Notes: generated by a model not told the origin, from the letters alone. Shown: positions 19,173 through 28,723, numbered from the stretch's first letter. The stretch: 64,000 nucleotides of DNA from Candidatus Omnitrophota bacterium (GCA_044225175.1 JBGAJA010000001.1:134994-198993), one strand, 5' to 3'. Program-made: numbers and translations.

Positions 19173-20551
19173 AAATACTTATGATGACCAATACTTATGC
19201 GCCTATGGTTGGAGGAATAGAAGAATCCATTCGTTCCTTTACACATGAGTTTGAAAAGTTGGGCCATGAAGTTCTTATTGTTGCTCCTGAATCTGAGGGG
19301 GCGCCCCCTGATGAGGTGGGTGTGATACGTTTACGTGCCATTAAAAACTTTAATCATTCGCATTTTTCTATTGCCTTGCCCATGTCTGGTCTTTTGCCGG
19401 AACTCATGAAAACTTTTATGCCGGATATCATCCATTGTCATCATCCTTTTTGGATGGGAGATATTGCCTTACGTTTAAGCAGTCAATACCATATCCCACT
19501 GGTCTTTACTTATCATACGATGTTCGAGCAACATATGCATTATCTGCCCATTCAGAATGAAGGGGTAAAACGCTTCATCATTGATTTATTTGCCGGTTAC
19601 GCGAATTTGGTGACCCAAGTGATTGTTCCGAGTGAAAGTGTTCGCGACATTCTTTTGGCACGTGAGGTTAAGACACCTATAGAAGTAGCGCCAACGGGCG
19701 TAGATTTACAAAGATTTTCAAAAGGAAATGGAAATATTATTCGTCAACGTTTGGGTATTCCTTTAGATGCTGTCGTCATTGGTTATGTCGGTCGACTGGC
19801 TACAGAGAAAAATTTAGAGTTTTTAAGCCGCAGCATTGCAGAATATTTAAAGAAAGAAACCAAAGTGCATTTCTTGGTAGGTGGGGACGGTCCCCTTAAG
19901 GATACAGTCAAGAAGATCTTCAATGATCAAAGGGTTGAAAAACGGCTGCACTTGGCCGGTATGCTTAAAGACCAAGATTTGGTTGACGCTTATCATGCGA
20001 TGAATATTTTTGCTTTTGCCTCTTTAAGTGAGACACAGGGGATTGTTTTGGTTGAAGCGATGGCCGCTGGAGTTCCGGTAGTAGCCATTGATGCTCCAGG
20101 TGTTAGGGAAGTTGTTAAAGACGGCTACAACGGAAGATTAATTTTCGGAGAAAATCAAAACAATTTCTTAGAAGCCCTTACGTGGTGTCTCAAGCAGCCC
20201 GTTAGTGAATTTGATCAGATGAAGAAGAATGCCCAAGCAACGACAAAAGAATTCGCCGTTGATCTTTGCGCTAATCGGATGTTGAAGATTTATGAAGATG
20301 TCAGGGTTAAAGAATATACTTGGTCTGATCACAAAAATAGAGCCTGGGACTCTCTGACGGATCGTCTTAAAAGTGAATGGGATATGTTTAAAAATATGAT
20401 GCATGCCGGCAGTGCAGCTATGGACACGGCAGGTTCAGAAAAACCGATAGAAAAAAGAGCTAAGGGCTTGTTCCTTATTCTTCCTCGACTATTATCTTTA
20501 AGAGAGTGGTCTGCAAGACTTTTGCATCGCAGATATCCGTCCTCTAAGTAG
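19169..20551 (+). CDS. Glycosyltransferase family 4
   Basis: MTNTYAPMVGG, HCHHP, VGRLATEKN, SETQGIVLVEAMAAG. Confidence 0.9.
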   Translation: MKILMMTNTYAPMVGGIEESIRSFTHEFEKLGHEVLIVAPESEGAPPDEVGVIRLRAIKNFNHSHFSIALPMSGLLPELMKTFMPDIIHCHHPFWMGDIALRLSSQYHIPLVFTYHTMFEQHMHYLPIQNEGVKRFIIDLFAGYANLVTQVIVPSESVRDILLAREVKTPIEVAPTGVDLQRFSKGNGNIIRQRLGIPLDAVVIGYVGRLATEKNLEFLSRSIAEYLKKETKVHFLVGGDGPLKDTVKKIFNDQRVEKRLHLAGMLKDQDLVDAYHAMNIFAFASLSETQGIVLVEAMAAGVPVVAIDAPGVREVVKDGYNGRLIFGENQNNFLEALTWCLKQPVSEFDQMKKNAQATTKEFAVDLCANRMLKIYEDVRVKEYTWSDHKNRAWDSLTDRLKSEWDMFKNMMHAGSAAMDTAGSEKPIEKRAKGLFLILPRLLSLREWSARLLHRRYPSSK

Positions 20552-20611
20552 TTCCACGTAGTTCCTCCCGTATTTCTGCGGATTTATTTATCGAATAACC
20601 AGTGATAAACT
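20548..20611 (+). promoter_or_regulatory. Conserved operator-like motif plus extended -10 box (copy B)
   Basis: GTAGTTCCACGTAGTTCCTCCCGTATTTCTGCGGAT, TGaTAAACT with -10 at +58. Confidence 0.7.
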
Positions 20612-20714
20612 TAATTTATAACGTTCAAAGAAAGGGGATGGTAGCGAACATGCAGTACATCATCCACAACAATAAAGAAATTGTCTTATATTAAGACCAA
20701 AAGGAAGGATTTTT

Positions 20715-21140
20715 ATGTCAAAAGCTATTCCATCAGTTCAAAAATTTATGACTTACAACCCTATCACTATTAATGCCTCAAAATCAGTAGCTGAGGCTCA
20801 AAATTTAATGAAGGAAAAACAAATCCGTCATTTACCTGTAATGGATCAAGATAAAATTGTCGGTATTATTTCTGATCGGGATGTAAAGTTGGTTTTGAGT
20901 TTGGTTCTTACTACACCCCAGAGTTTAAAGATTAAAGACATTGCACATGGCAGTGTGTATACGGTACATCCTGAAACCCCTATCGATCAGGTTGCTGATG
21001 AAATGGCTTCTAAGCATTATGGTTGCGCAGTAGTGGAAGATAATCATAAGATAGTGGGTATATTTACCGTTCTCGATGGATTAAAAGCGATTTCAGACAT
21101 TTGTCATCAAAGATATCATGTTAATCATGGGGAAAAATAA
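20715..21140 (+). CDS. CBS domain protein
   Basis: IRHLPV-x-VGIISDRD and VGIFT-x-D tandem CBS. Confidence 0.88.
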   Translation: MSKAIPSVQKFMTYNPITINASKSVAEAQNLMKEKQIRHLPVMDQDKIVGIISDRDVKLVLSLVLTTPQSLKIKDIAHGSVYTVHPETPIDQVADEMASKHYGCAVVEDNHKIVGIFTVLDGLKAISDICHQRYHVNHGEK

Positions 21141-22147
21141 TGAAGGTGGCTGTTTTTAATACTAAACCATATGACAGGGAGTTTTTGGGTGAGGCAAACA
21201 AGAAATTTGGGCATGATTTTACATATTTTGAAGTTCATCTGAATCGTGACACCTGCAAGCTGGCTTTTGGCTTTGAGGCTGTTTGCGCATTCGTTAATGA
21301 TCGTTTAGATAAGGAAATATTAACTTTAATGGCAAATAACGGAGTTCGCCTAATTGCTTTGCGGTGTGCTGGATTTAACAATGTGGATTTGCAGGCGGCT
21401 TGCGCATTGAAATTAACGGTTGTCCGTGTTCCTGCGTATGCTCCTCATGGCGTGGCAGAACATGCGGTAGCATTGATACTGGATTTAGACAGAAAGATTC
21501 ACAGGGCCCACAATCGTATCCATGATGGCAATTTTTCTTTGGATGGCCTGCTTGGTTTTGAAATTTATGGCCGCACTGTTGGTATCATAGGGACAGGAAA
21601 GATTGGGAGTATAGTGGCCCGCATTATGAGTGGTTTCGGTACAAAAGTCCTAGCTTATGATCCTATAAAAAATAACGATTGTCTGGCGTTAGGAGTCGAA
21701 TATGTCAGTTTAGAAGAGCTTTACAGGCAAAGCGATATCCTTTCATTACATCTTCCTTTGACTAAAGAAACTCATCATATGATAAATGAACAGGCAATTA
21801 GCCAAATGAAAAGCGGTGTCATGCTTATTAACACCAGCCGTGGCGGACTTGTCGATACAGTCAGTATCATTGAAGGGCTGAAATCAGGACGCATTGGTTT
21901 TTTAGGTCTTGATGTTTATGAAGAAGAAGGAGACATGTTTTTTGAGGATTTTTCCGGACACATCATTCAGGATGACATTTTTGCCAGACTTTTAACCTTC
22001 CCTAATGTGGTTATAACCGGTCATCAGGCTTTCTTTACAAAAGAGGCGCTCACCAATATTGCTGAGACGACGCTCAAAAATATCACTGCCTTTGAGCGCG
22101 GCCAGGTGGCCCCAGAGAATTGCGTAACTATAAATTTAATCCGATGA
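21140..22147 (+). CDS. ldhA: D-lactate dehydrogenase (D-2-hydroxyacid dehydrogenase)
   Basis: LRCAGFNNVD, RVPAY, GTGKIG, INTSRG, LDVYEEE, TGHQAFFT. Confidence 0.9.
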   Translation: MKVAVFNTKPYDREFLGEANKKFGHDFTYFEVHLNRDTCKLAFGFEAVCAFVNDRLDKEILTLMANNGVRLIALRCAGFNNVDLQAACALKLTVVRVPAYAPHGVAEHAVALILDLDRKIHRAHNRIHDGNFSLDGLLGFEIYGRTVGIIGTGKIGSIVARIMSGFGTKVLAYDPIKNNDCLALGVEYVSLEELYRQSDILSLHLPLTKETHHMINEQAISQMKSGVMLINTSRGGLVDTVSIIEGLKSGRIGFLGLDVYEEEGDMFFEDFSGHIIQDDIFARLLTFPNVVITGHQAFFTKEALTNIAETTLKNITAFERGQVAPENCVTINLIR

Positions 22148-22199
22148 ACCGACCTTTTGAACCAAAATTATTTACTGTTTTCGCGAAAGGTAGTACTAG

Positions 22200-22263
22200 G
22201 TAGTACTACGTAGTTATTTCCGTATTTTAGCGAATCACTCCTCGTCATATCCTCAGTTATAAT
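22200..22263 (+). promoter_or_regulatory. Conserved operator-like motif plus -10 box (copy C)
   Basis: GTAGTACTACGTAGTTATTTCCGTATTTTAGCGAAT with TATAAT at +58; extra GGTAGTACTA unit upstream. Confidence 0.75.
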
Positions 22264-22288
22264 TAAAGCATGTTAATCAACCACCTAT

Positions 22289-22861
22289 ATGGAGAAGATT
22301 ATGATTACTGAAATAGGAGTAGTTTCTGGTGAAATTCTTGAGCTTCTTGAACAGCGAAATGGTTTTGTTGTTTTTAGTGAAATCAAAAGTGTCTTGCAGG
22401 AATCCCATGATATGGTTTTGATGAGTTTAGGTTGGCTTCTTCGAGAGGGGCATGTGCAGGTCATGGAAGATGCTTTAACAGCGCCCTATCATAAGGAAGA
22501 CATCAGAGCAGATGTGAGCGAAGTGTGTATGAATGATTTGGTTATAGCCAAGAATGTATCAGATATTTCACCACATAGAATTAAACATATGTCTGAGCAT
22601 ATCGATGCTGTTTCTAAAAAAATATTATTTTTTCTTAAAAAGTGTGGAGATTTATCCGATTTACCAACGATTGAAGCTAATATTAATGAGCACAGGGATA
22701 TTATTTTAATGGGATTGGGCTGGCTCATTCGAGAAGAATTTGTTAAGGGTGTCGTGAAATTACAAAATGTTTACATTATTAGATTAAATCATAAAAAGGA
22801 AGATGTAGCCTCATTGAATGAGCTTGAAAGAAGTGAAGTTAACGCAGGAGGTATTAAATGA
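22289..22861 (+). CDS. Tandem winged-helix (DUF2582-like) protein; likely start 22301
   Basis: Two copies of LM(S/G)LGWL(L/I)RE; GGAG SD before 22301. Confidence 0.7.
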   Translation: MEKIMITEIGVVSGEILELLEQRNGFVVFSEIKSVLQESHDMVLMSLGWLLREGHVQVMEDALTAPYHKEDIRADVSEVCMNDLVIAKNVSDISPHRIKHMSEHIDAVSKKILFFLKKCGDLSDLPTIEANINEHRDIILMGLGWLIREEFVKGVVKLQNVYIIRLNHKKEDVASLNELERSEVNAGGIK

Positions 22862-23226
22862 GGAAGAAAATATTAATCGTAGATGATCATGCGGATTTTC
22901 GAAAGGTAGTAAAAAATTATCTCAATTTGCATAAGCTTAATATAGAGATTTTTGAAGCCAATAGCGGTGAAATGGGGGTGACGAAAGCATCCTTTGTAAA
23001 GCCGCATATTGTTTTAATGGATATTAATTTGCCGAATATTAATGGATTAGAAGCTGTTCGCCGCATCAGGGAAGATCATCCGGTATGCGATGTTATTATT
23101 TTAACTGTATTTGATGTCCCGGTTATGAAAAAGGTAGCAGAGAAAATTAAGGCCGTAGATTTTATAGGAAAGAATGATATTTATGACAGACTAATGCCAG
23201 CTCTTATGAAATGTCTTGAAAAATAA
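22858..23226 (+). CDS. Stand-alone response regulator receiver
   Basis: IVDDH, LMDINLP, ILT, FIGK. Confidence 0.88.
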   Translation: MRKKILIVDDHADFRKVVKNYLNLHKLNIEIFEANSGEMGVTKASFVKPHIVLMDINLPNINGLEAVRRIREDHPVCDVIILTVFDVPVMKKVAEKIKAVDFIGKNDIYDRLMPALMKCLEK

Positions 23227-23252
23227 CGAAGTGATTAAGAAGGGAATGCTTT

Positions 23253-23639
23253 ATGATAAAAAAGATTCTTGTATGTAATGTCGAGCATGAATTTATAAAA
23301 ACAGTTGTTGCGAGATTGAAATCTTGGGGATATCAAGTTGTTATTGCTGAAGATGCTCCACAGAGTGTGCATTTAGCTCATCTTGAAAAACCAGATTTGA
23401 TCCTTTTAGATATTATGATGCCTGCAGGTGGAGGAGCGGCAGTCTGTAAGAATTTAGGTCTTTCTATTGAAACCGAATTAATTCCTATTCTTCTTTTTGC
23501 GGATCTTCCAGAAGAGGAAGTATGCATTCTGGCTGAGAAATATGGTGCTGCAGATTATATAATTAAACATTATGATCCTTATGTTTTGCATTCCAAGATT
23601 CAAAAAATTTTTGGTGATGCACAACAGTATAAGGTTTGA
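23253..23639 (+). CDS. Stand-alone receiver domain, atypical acidic pocket
   Basis: LLDIMMP and YIIK retained; CNVE replaces the DD pocket. Confidence 0.8.
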   Translation: MIKKILVCNVEHEFIKTVVARLKSWGYQVVIAEDAPQSVHLAHLEKPDLILLDIMMPAGGGAAVCKNLGLSIETELIPILLFADLPEEEVCILAEKYGAADYIIKHYDPYVLHSKIQKIFGDAQQYKV

Positions 23640-23663
23640 GATTTTTGAGTTTTTCCTAAAACT

Positions 23664-24308
23664 ATGATGAATAAAAACCGTATAGAGGCCTTAAGTGACG
23701 CGGTATTTGCCGTTGCGATGACGATCCTTGTCATTGACATCAAGGTGCCGCCGTTAGCAGGGCCAGCCAACGGTTATGAGTTGATAGAACAGTTATGGAA
23801 GATGTGGCCGCTGTTTCGCAGTTATTACATCAGTTTTGCGATTTTGGGGATGTACTGGATTGCTCACCACACACTTTTTCATTATTTTGCCAAACATGCC
23901 AATAGACCGCTGACCTATTTAAATATATTATTTTTGTGTCTCATCACCTTGATTCCTTTTTCCACTCATTTGATTGGGGAGTATCCGATCAATACGGTGG
24001 CGGTCGCTATTTATGGGGTCAATGTCATTGTTATCGGCACTGTACAATATTGGATGTTTCGTCTGACAATTAAAGATCCGCAGGCGCTTCACGAGGGGAT
24101 ACCCCCACAGATGCTTATGCATTCAAACGTAAGTATGCTGATGCCTCCAGCCTTTGCGGTGCTCGGTATCATTGCCGGGTTTTACCATTCTTCAGTCAGC
24201 TTTTTCTTATTCGCATTTCCCGTGGTATTTAATATTATCCCAGGCAGTTTAGGTTTTATTGAACGTTTCTTTTTAAAAAGAGCCGCTAATCAGGAAAGAA
24301 ATAATTAA
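23664..24308 (+). CDS. TMEM175-family potassium channel
   Basis: RIEALSDAVFAVAMTILV, YWIAHH. Confidence 0.88.
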   Translation: MMNKNRIEALSDAVFAVAMTILVIDIKVPPLAGPANGYELIEQLWKMWPLFRSYYISFAILGMYWIAHHTLFHYFAKHANRPLTYLNILFLCLITLIPFSTHLIGEYPINTVAVAIYGVNVIVIGTVQYWMFRLTIKDPQALHEGIPPQMLMHSNVSMLMPPAFAVLGIIAGFYHSSVSFFLFAFPVVFNIIPGSLGFIERFFLKRAANQERNN

Positions 24309-24311
24309 GAT

Positions 24312-26165
24312 ATGACATTTCTTAGGGTCGATAAGGAAATTTATATTGCTTTCTTAGCCATCCTTGGGATTAGTCTATATTTATTTTTCCATTTCTTTTT
24401 AGGTGTTCCCAAAGATATAGCCAATTGGCCATTGTGGATCACTCTTTTTCTAGGCGGGATCCCGTTGGTTTGGGATCTTTTGCTTAAACTTTCCAAACGT
24501 CAATTCGGTTCTGATCTTTTAGCCGGGATTTCAATTATTACCTCTGTTTTATTGGGTGAATATTTAGCTGGAACCCTGGTGGTTTTAATGCTTTCCGGCG
24601 GGGAGGCTTTAGAAAGTTTTGCTGTGCGACGCGCCTCATCGGTGTTAGCTGCATTAGCCAAACGTATGCCGAATAAAGCACACCGTAAAAGCGCGGGAGC
24701 TGTGATTGATATTACAATTGATCAGATCAATATCGGTGATGAGTTGGTCATTTTTCCACATGAGATTTGTCCAGTTGATGGTCAAGTAATTGAAGGTCAT
24801 GGTGCCATGGATGAATCGTATTTAACTGGAGAGCCGTTTATTATTTCAAAGGTGGCTGGATCAAATGTTCTTTCCGGTGCTATTAATGGTGAAGCTTCTC
24901 TGACGATTGCTGCAACAAAACGCGCGATGGATTCACGCTATGCCAAAATTATGGAAGTCATGCGTGCAGCTGAAGAGAAACGTCCGAGTATTCAACGTTT
25001 AGGCGATCAACTAGGCGCGATCTATACGCCGGTGGCCTTAATATTGGCGATTGGTGCTTGGATTTTTAGCCATGATCCCATGAGGTTCTTATCAGTTTTA
25101 GTTATTGCGACACCTTGCCCATTGTTGATTGCCATTCCGGTTGCTGTTATAGGATCAATTTCTTTGAGTGCCCGTCGTGGGATTATCATCCGAAATCCAG
25201 CAATTCTTGAACAAATTGACCGCTGCCGCACCATTATCTTAGATAAGACAGGGACATTGACCTATGGGAGGCCGACTGTTACGGAAGTCAATTGTTTCAA
25301 TGGTTTTGATAAGTCCAAAGTGTTGAAATATGCATCAAGTTTAGAACAGTATTCCAAACATCCTTTAGCGCATTCAATTGTTGAGGCAGCCCAAAAGGCA
25401 GGTGCTGGTTTTATAGAAGTAGGCCAAATCAGTGAGGCAGCAGGGGAAGGTTTACGAGGCGTTGTTGATGGGCATACAGTTTTAATCACCAGTCGCGGTA
25501 AATTGATTAAACAAGGTAAGGAGTCATGGTTTAAGGATATTCCACAAATGGGCGGTTTGGAATGTGTACTCGTCATTGACAATAAAATGGCTGGGCACTT
25601 TCATTTTCACGATGAACCTCGTTTAGAGGGGAAATCGTTTATTAAACATTTAAGCCCTCGGCATAAAATCAATCGAGTCATGATTGTTTCTGGTGACCGT
25701 GAGAGTGAAGTGAAATATTTGGCTGATAAAGTAGGCATTGATATGGTTTATGCTGGTAAAAGCCCCGAGGAGAAAATCGAGATTGTTCGTAAGGAAACTC
25801 TTTCTGGGCCGACTATTTATTTGGGTGACGGCATCAATGATGCGCCTGCACTTACCGCCGCGACGGTCGGAATTGCATTCGGCCAAAATAGTGATATTAC
25901 TGCGGAAGCCGCTGGGGCTGTGATCATGGAGAGTTCCTTAGCCAAGGTGGATGAGTTAATGCATATTAGCCGTAGGATGAGGACAATTGCACTTCAGAGC
26001 GCGCTGGGAGGGATGGCCTTGTCAATTTTTGGAATGTTGCTGGCAGCTGGGGGACATTTGACACCTGTAGCGGGTGCCATAGGTCAGGAAATTATTGATG
26101 TCATTGCTGTTCTTAATGCTTTACGCGCAGCTTTTCCTCCTAAAGACCTGACGGATTTTGCTTAA
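24312..26165 (+). CDS. Heavy-metal P1B-type ATPase (P1B-5-like)
   Basis: LTGE, ATPCP, DKTGT, HP, GDGINDAP, QEIID. Confidence 0.9.
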   Translation: MTFLRVDKEIYIAFLAILGISLYLFFHFFLGVPKDIANWPLWITLFLGGIPLVWDLLLKLSKRQFGSDLLAGISIITSVLLGEYLAGTLVVLMLSGGEALESFAVRRASSVLAALAKRMPNKAHRKSAGAVIDITIDQINIGDELVIFPHEICPVDGQVIEGHGAMDESYLTGEPFIISKVAGSNVLSGAINGEASLTIAATKRAMDSRYAKIMEVMRAAEEKRPSIQRLGDQLGAIYTPVALILAIGAWIFSHDPMRFLSVLVIATPCPLLIAIPVAVIGSISLSARRGIIIRNPAILEQIDRCRTIILDKTGTLTYGRPTVTEVNCFNGFDKSKVLKYASSLEQYSKHPLAHSIVEAAQKAGAGFIEVGQISEAAGEGLRGVVDGHTVLITSRGKLIKQGKESWFKDIPQMGGLECVLVIDNKMAGHFHFHDEPRLEGKSFIKHLSPRHKINRVMIVSGDRESEVKYLADKVGIDMVYAGKSPEEKIEIVRKETLSGPTIYLGDGINDAPALTAATVGIAFGQNSDITAEAAGAVIMESSLAKVDELMHISRRMRTIALQSALGGMALSIFGMLLAAGGHLTPVAGAIGQEIIDVIAVLNALRAAFPPKDLTDFA

Positions 26166-26465
26166 ATCTTAAAGAATGCTATCTGGTCCAAGATTCAATA
26201 TTAAAATTTCTTTATAATTGCTTTAAACTTCATGATTTGCTTCACTTATTCCCAAAGAATCAATTGAAAAAATCCATATACAAAAAGATAATCTATTGGA
26301 ATTTATCGTCGATAAACCACAGATTTTTCCTTTAACCTGTTTGACTCTATTTTAACCACTTTTGCGTAAAAGTGGACACTTTTTGGACACCAAATGGTTT
26401 CTAAATTTCATATTAGATATCTAGAACCTTGTTGCTCTTTTATTTTTATTTGATAGTATAAATTT

Positions 26466-26512
26466 GGGTCTGGAGAATTTTTCCAGAGGGTGTTTTGATG
26501 GTCGGGCCGCCA
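26466..26512 (+). ncRNA. Monovalent-cation riboswitch candidate (nhaA-I/Li+-I or DUF1646/Na+-I like), copy 1
   Basis: GGG-hairpin-GG..GATGGTCGGGCCGCCA upstream of nhaD; second copy at 29397. Confidence 0.75.
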
Positions 26513-26543
26513 TCTGATTGAAAAATCAGATGGCTTTTTTTTT
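26509..26543 (+). terminator. Intrinsic terminator overlapping the aptamer 3' end
   Basis: GCCATCTGATT-GAAA-AATCAGATGGC followed by T9. Confidence 0.85.
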
Positions 26544-26556
26544 GGAAAGGAAGTGT

Positions 26557-27831
26557 ATGTTTGAAGCTTTGATTGTGAGTGTATTCTTGTTTGGATATGC
26601 GGCAATGGCGTTTGAACATAAGATTGGGGTTAATAAGGCTGCTTCGGCACTTTTAACAGCAGTTGTTTGCTGGGTTCTTTTGGCTTTGCAACATATGAAT
26701 CTTTCTAGTGGGAATGGTCATCAAATTGTAGAAAGTTTATCCCATCATTTAGAGGAGGCTGCGCAGATTGTTTTCTTCCTAATTGGAGCTATGACTATTG
26801 TGCAGTTAATGGAAACGCATGGAGGATTTCAGGTTGTTACAAAAATGCTTCAGATCAAGAATAAGAAACTGCTTTTGTGGGTGATTTCTTTGATCACTTT
26901 TTTTCTTTCACCTGTTTTAGATAATTTAACAACATCAATTGTTATGGTTTCGCTGATGCATCGTTTAATAAGCGATAAAGATGATCGTCTTATTTTTAGC
27001 AGTATGGTTATTATTGCTGCTAATGCGGGAGGCGCTTGGTCGCCGATTGGTGATGTGACAACAACAATGCTGTGGATTGGAGGGCAGGTAAGCGCTTTAA
27101 GGATCGTGCAGATGCTTTTTGTCCCAAGCTTGATTGCTATGCTTATACCCTTAATATATTTTACTTTGATGATGAAAAAAGGAGAGGTTTTGAAGTTTGC
27201 TCCTTTTGCTGATGAATGGCAGGTTGGTACCAAAAGAGTGTTCTATTTAGGATTATGTGCGCTCATTTTTGTTCCAATTTTTAAGGCGGTTACAGGCCTT
27301 CCCCCATTTATTGGGGTGCTTTTGGGGCTGGGTTTGGTATGGATGGTGACTGACCTTATTCATAATGAAGATAGGGATTACTTAAAAGTTCCAAAAGCAT
27401 TAAATAAGATTGATATGTCAAGCATACTATTCTTTCTTGCTATTTTATTAGCTGTGGCTGCTCTGGATACTTGCGGGGCTTTAAAGAGTATGGCTATATG
27501 GATGGATCGGACAATCATTAATAAAGATCTTATTGCAACTACACTGGGGCTTTTATCTGCAATTATAGACAATGTTCCGTTAACTGCGGCGACGATGGGG
27601 ATGTATGATTTAACACATTATCCGATGGATTCAAAATTATGGGAACTTTTAGCTTTTACTGTTGGAACGGGAGGAAGTGTCCTCATTATAGGGTCAGCGG
27701 CAGGTGTTGTGGTGATGGGGATTGAGAAGATAAGTTTTCTTTGGTATCTAAAAAAGGTGTCATTGCCCGTTTTATTAGGTTATTTTGCTGGCGTTGGTGC
27801 GTATTTATTAATTTATCGAATTATTGCTTAA
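26557..27831 (+). CDS. nhaD: NhaD-type Na+/H+ antiporter
   Basis: LDNLTT, AANAGGAWSPIGDVTTTMLW, AIIDNVP, GTGGS; ATG at 26557 has SD and lies downstream of the terminator. Confidence 0.88.
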   Translation: MFEALIVSVFLFGYAAMAFEHKIGVNKAASALLTAVVCWVLLALQHMNLSSGNGHQIVESLSHHLEEAAQIVFFLIGAMTIVQLMETHGGFQVVTKMLQIKNKKLLLWVISLITFFLSPVLDNLTTSIVMVSLMHRLISDKDDRLIFSSMVIIAANAGGAWSPIGDVTTTMLWIGGQVSALRIVQMLFVPSLIAMLIPLIYFTLMMKKGEVLKFAPFADEWQVGTKRVFYLGLCALIFVPIFKAVTGLPPFIGVLLGLGLVWMVTDLIHNEDRDYLKVPKALNKIDMSSILFFLAILLAVAALDTCGALKSMAIWMDRTIINKDLIATTLGLLSAIIDNVPLTAATMGMYDLTHYPMDSKLWELLAFTVGTGGSVLIIGSAAGVVVMGIEKISFLWYLKKVSLPVLLGYFAGVGAYLLIYRIIA

Positions 27832-27853
27832 ATAACTTTCAGGTGGAGTTGCT

Positions 27854-28687
27854 TTGAAAATAAATAAAAGCTTACCAATTAAGTTAATAAGCGCAACAAG
27901 CATAGCCATTGCGATTTGTTTTATTGTTCAACCTTCTTTTCTAGTTATGGCTCAACCAATTTTCTTATCATTAGAGGAAATTGAGCAAATCGGAGTTAAG
28001 GTTTTTAAAAATGAATGTGCAGGTAAAAATGAATGTCTTTTGGAGTGGAATGAAGGAGAGGGTTTTCTCTCTTTAGGGATAGGGCATTTTATTTGGTATC
28101 CTCAAGGAGTTACAGAACCTTTTGAAGAGAGTTTTCCAGTCCTGATTAAATATTTAAAAGAAAAGGGAATAAAACTTCCAGCCTGGCTAGATCAAGAACC
28201 TTTTCCAACATGTCCGTGGATAACAAGAGAAGATTTCATAAAGAACAAATCTGGTTTTAAAGCACAGGAACTATATAAATTATTAAGCGAGACTAAGTCA
28301 TTGCAAAGCGCTTTTTTAGTATCACGTTTGGATGTGATTTTATCTTTAATATTAGAAAACGTTGATGATAGGGATGATTTTAGAATTAAGAATAAATTTA
28401 AAAGACTTGCCAGTACTCCTCAAGGAATTTTTGTATTGGTCGATTATGCTAATTTTAAAGGTCTAGGGATTTCTTTAGGTGAGCGTTATCAAGAGCAGGG
28501 TTGGGGGCTTGTACAGGTTTTATCTAGAATGAAAGATGATGAACAAGAATTAAATCCTGTCGAAGAATTTGTAAAAGAGGCTCAAAAAATTTTGACAGAA
28601 CGTGTTAATAATGCTCCTGTAGGAAGGCAGGAGCAAAAATGGTTGCTTGGTTGGCAAAACAGGGTTAATTCGTATTTAAAAGAATAA
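27854..28687 (+). CDS. Exported hypothetical protein, lysozyme-like features
   Basis: Signal-like N-terminus; NEC..WNEGE..SLGIGHFIWYP; C-terminal GWQNRV. Confidence 0.6.
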   Translation: MKINKSLPIKLISATSIAIAICFIVQPSFLVMAQPIFLSLEEIEQIGVKVFKNECAGKNECLLEWNEGEGFLSLGIGHFIWYPQGVTEPFEESFPVLIKYLKEKGIKLPAWLDQEPFPTCPWITREDFIKNKSGFKAQELYKLLSETKSLQSAFLVSRLDVILSLILENVDDRDDFRIKNKFKRLASTPQGIFVLVDYANFKGLGISLGERYQEQGWGLVQVLSRMKDDEQELNPVEEFVKEAQKILTERVNNAPVGRQEQKWLLGWQNRVNSYLKE

Positions 28688-28723
28688 TTAGCAATCAAAT
28701 TTATTTTTAATGGGAAATCTAAA

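Noticed and set aside
26518-26556. N-terminal extension of NhaD given in the ORF track
   Set aside because: Lies within the terminator hairpin; ATG 26557 has the SD
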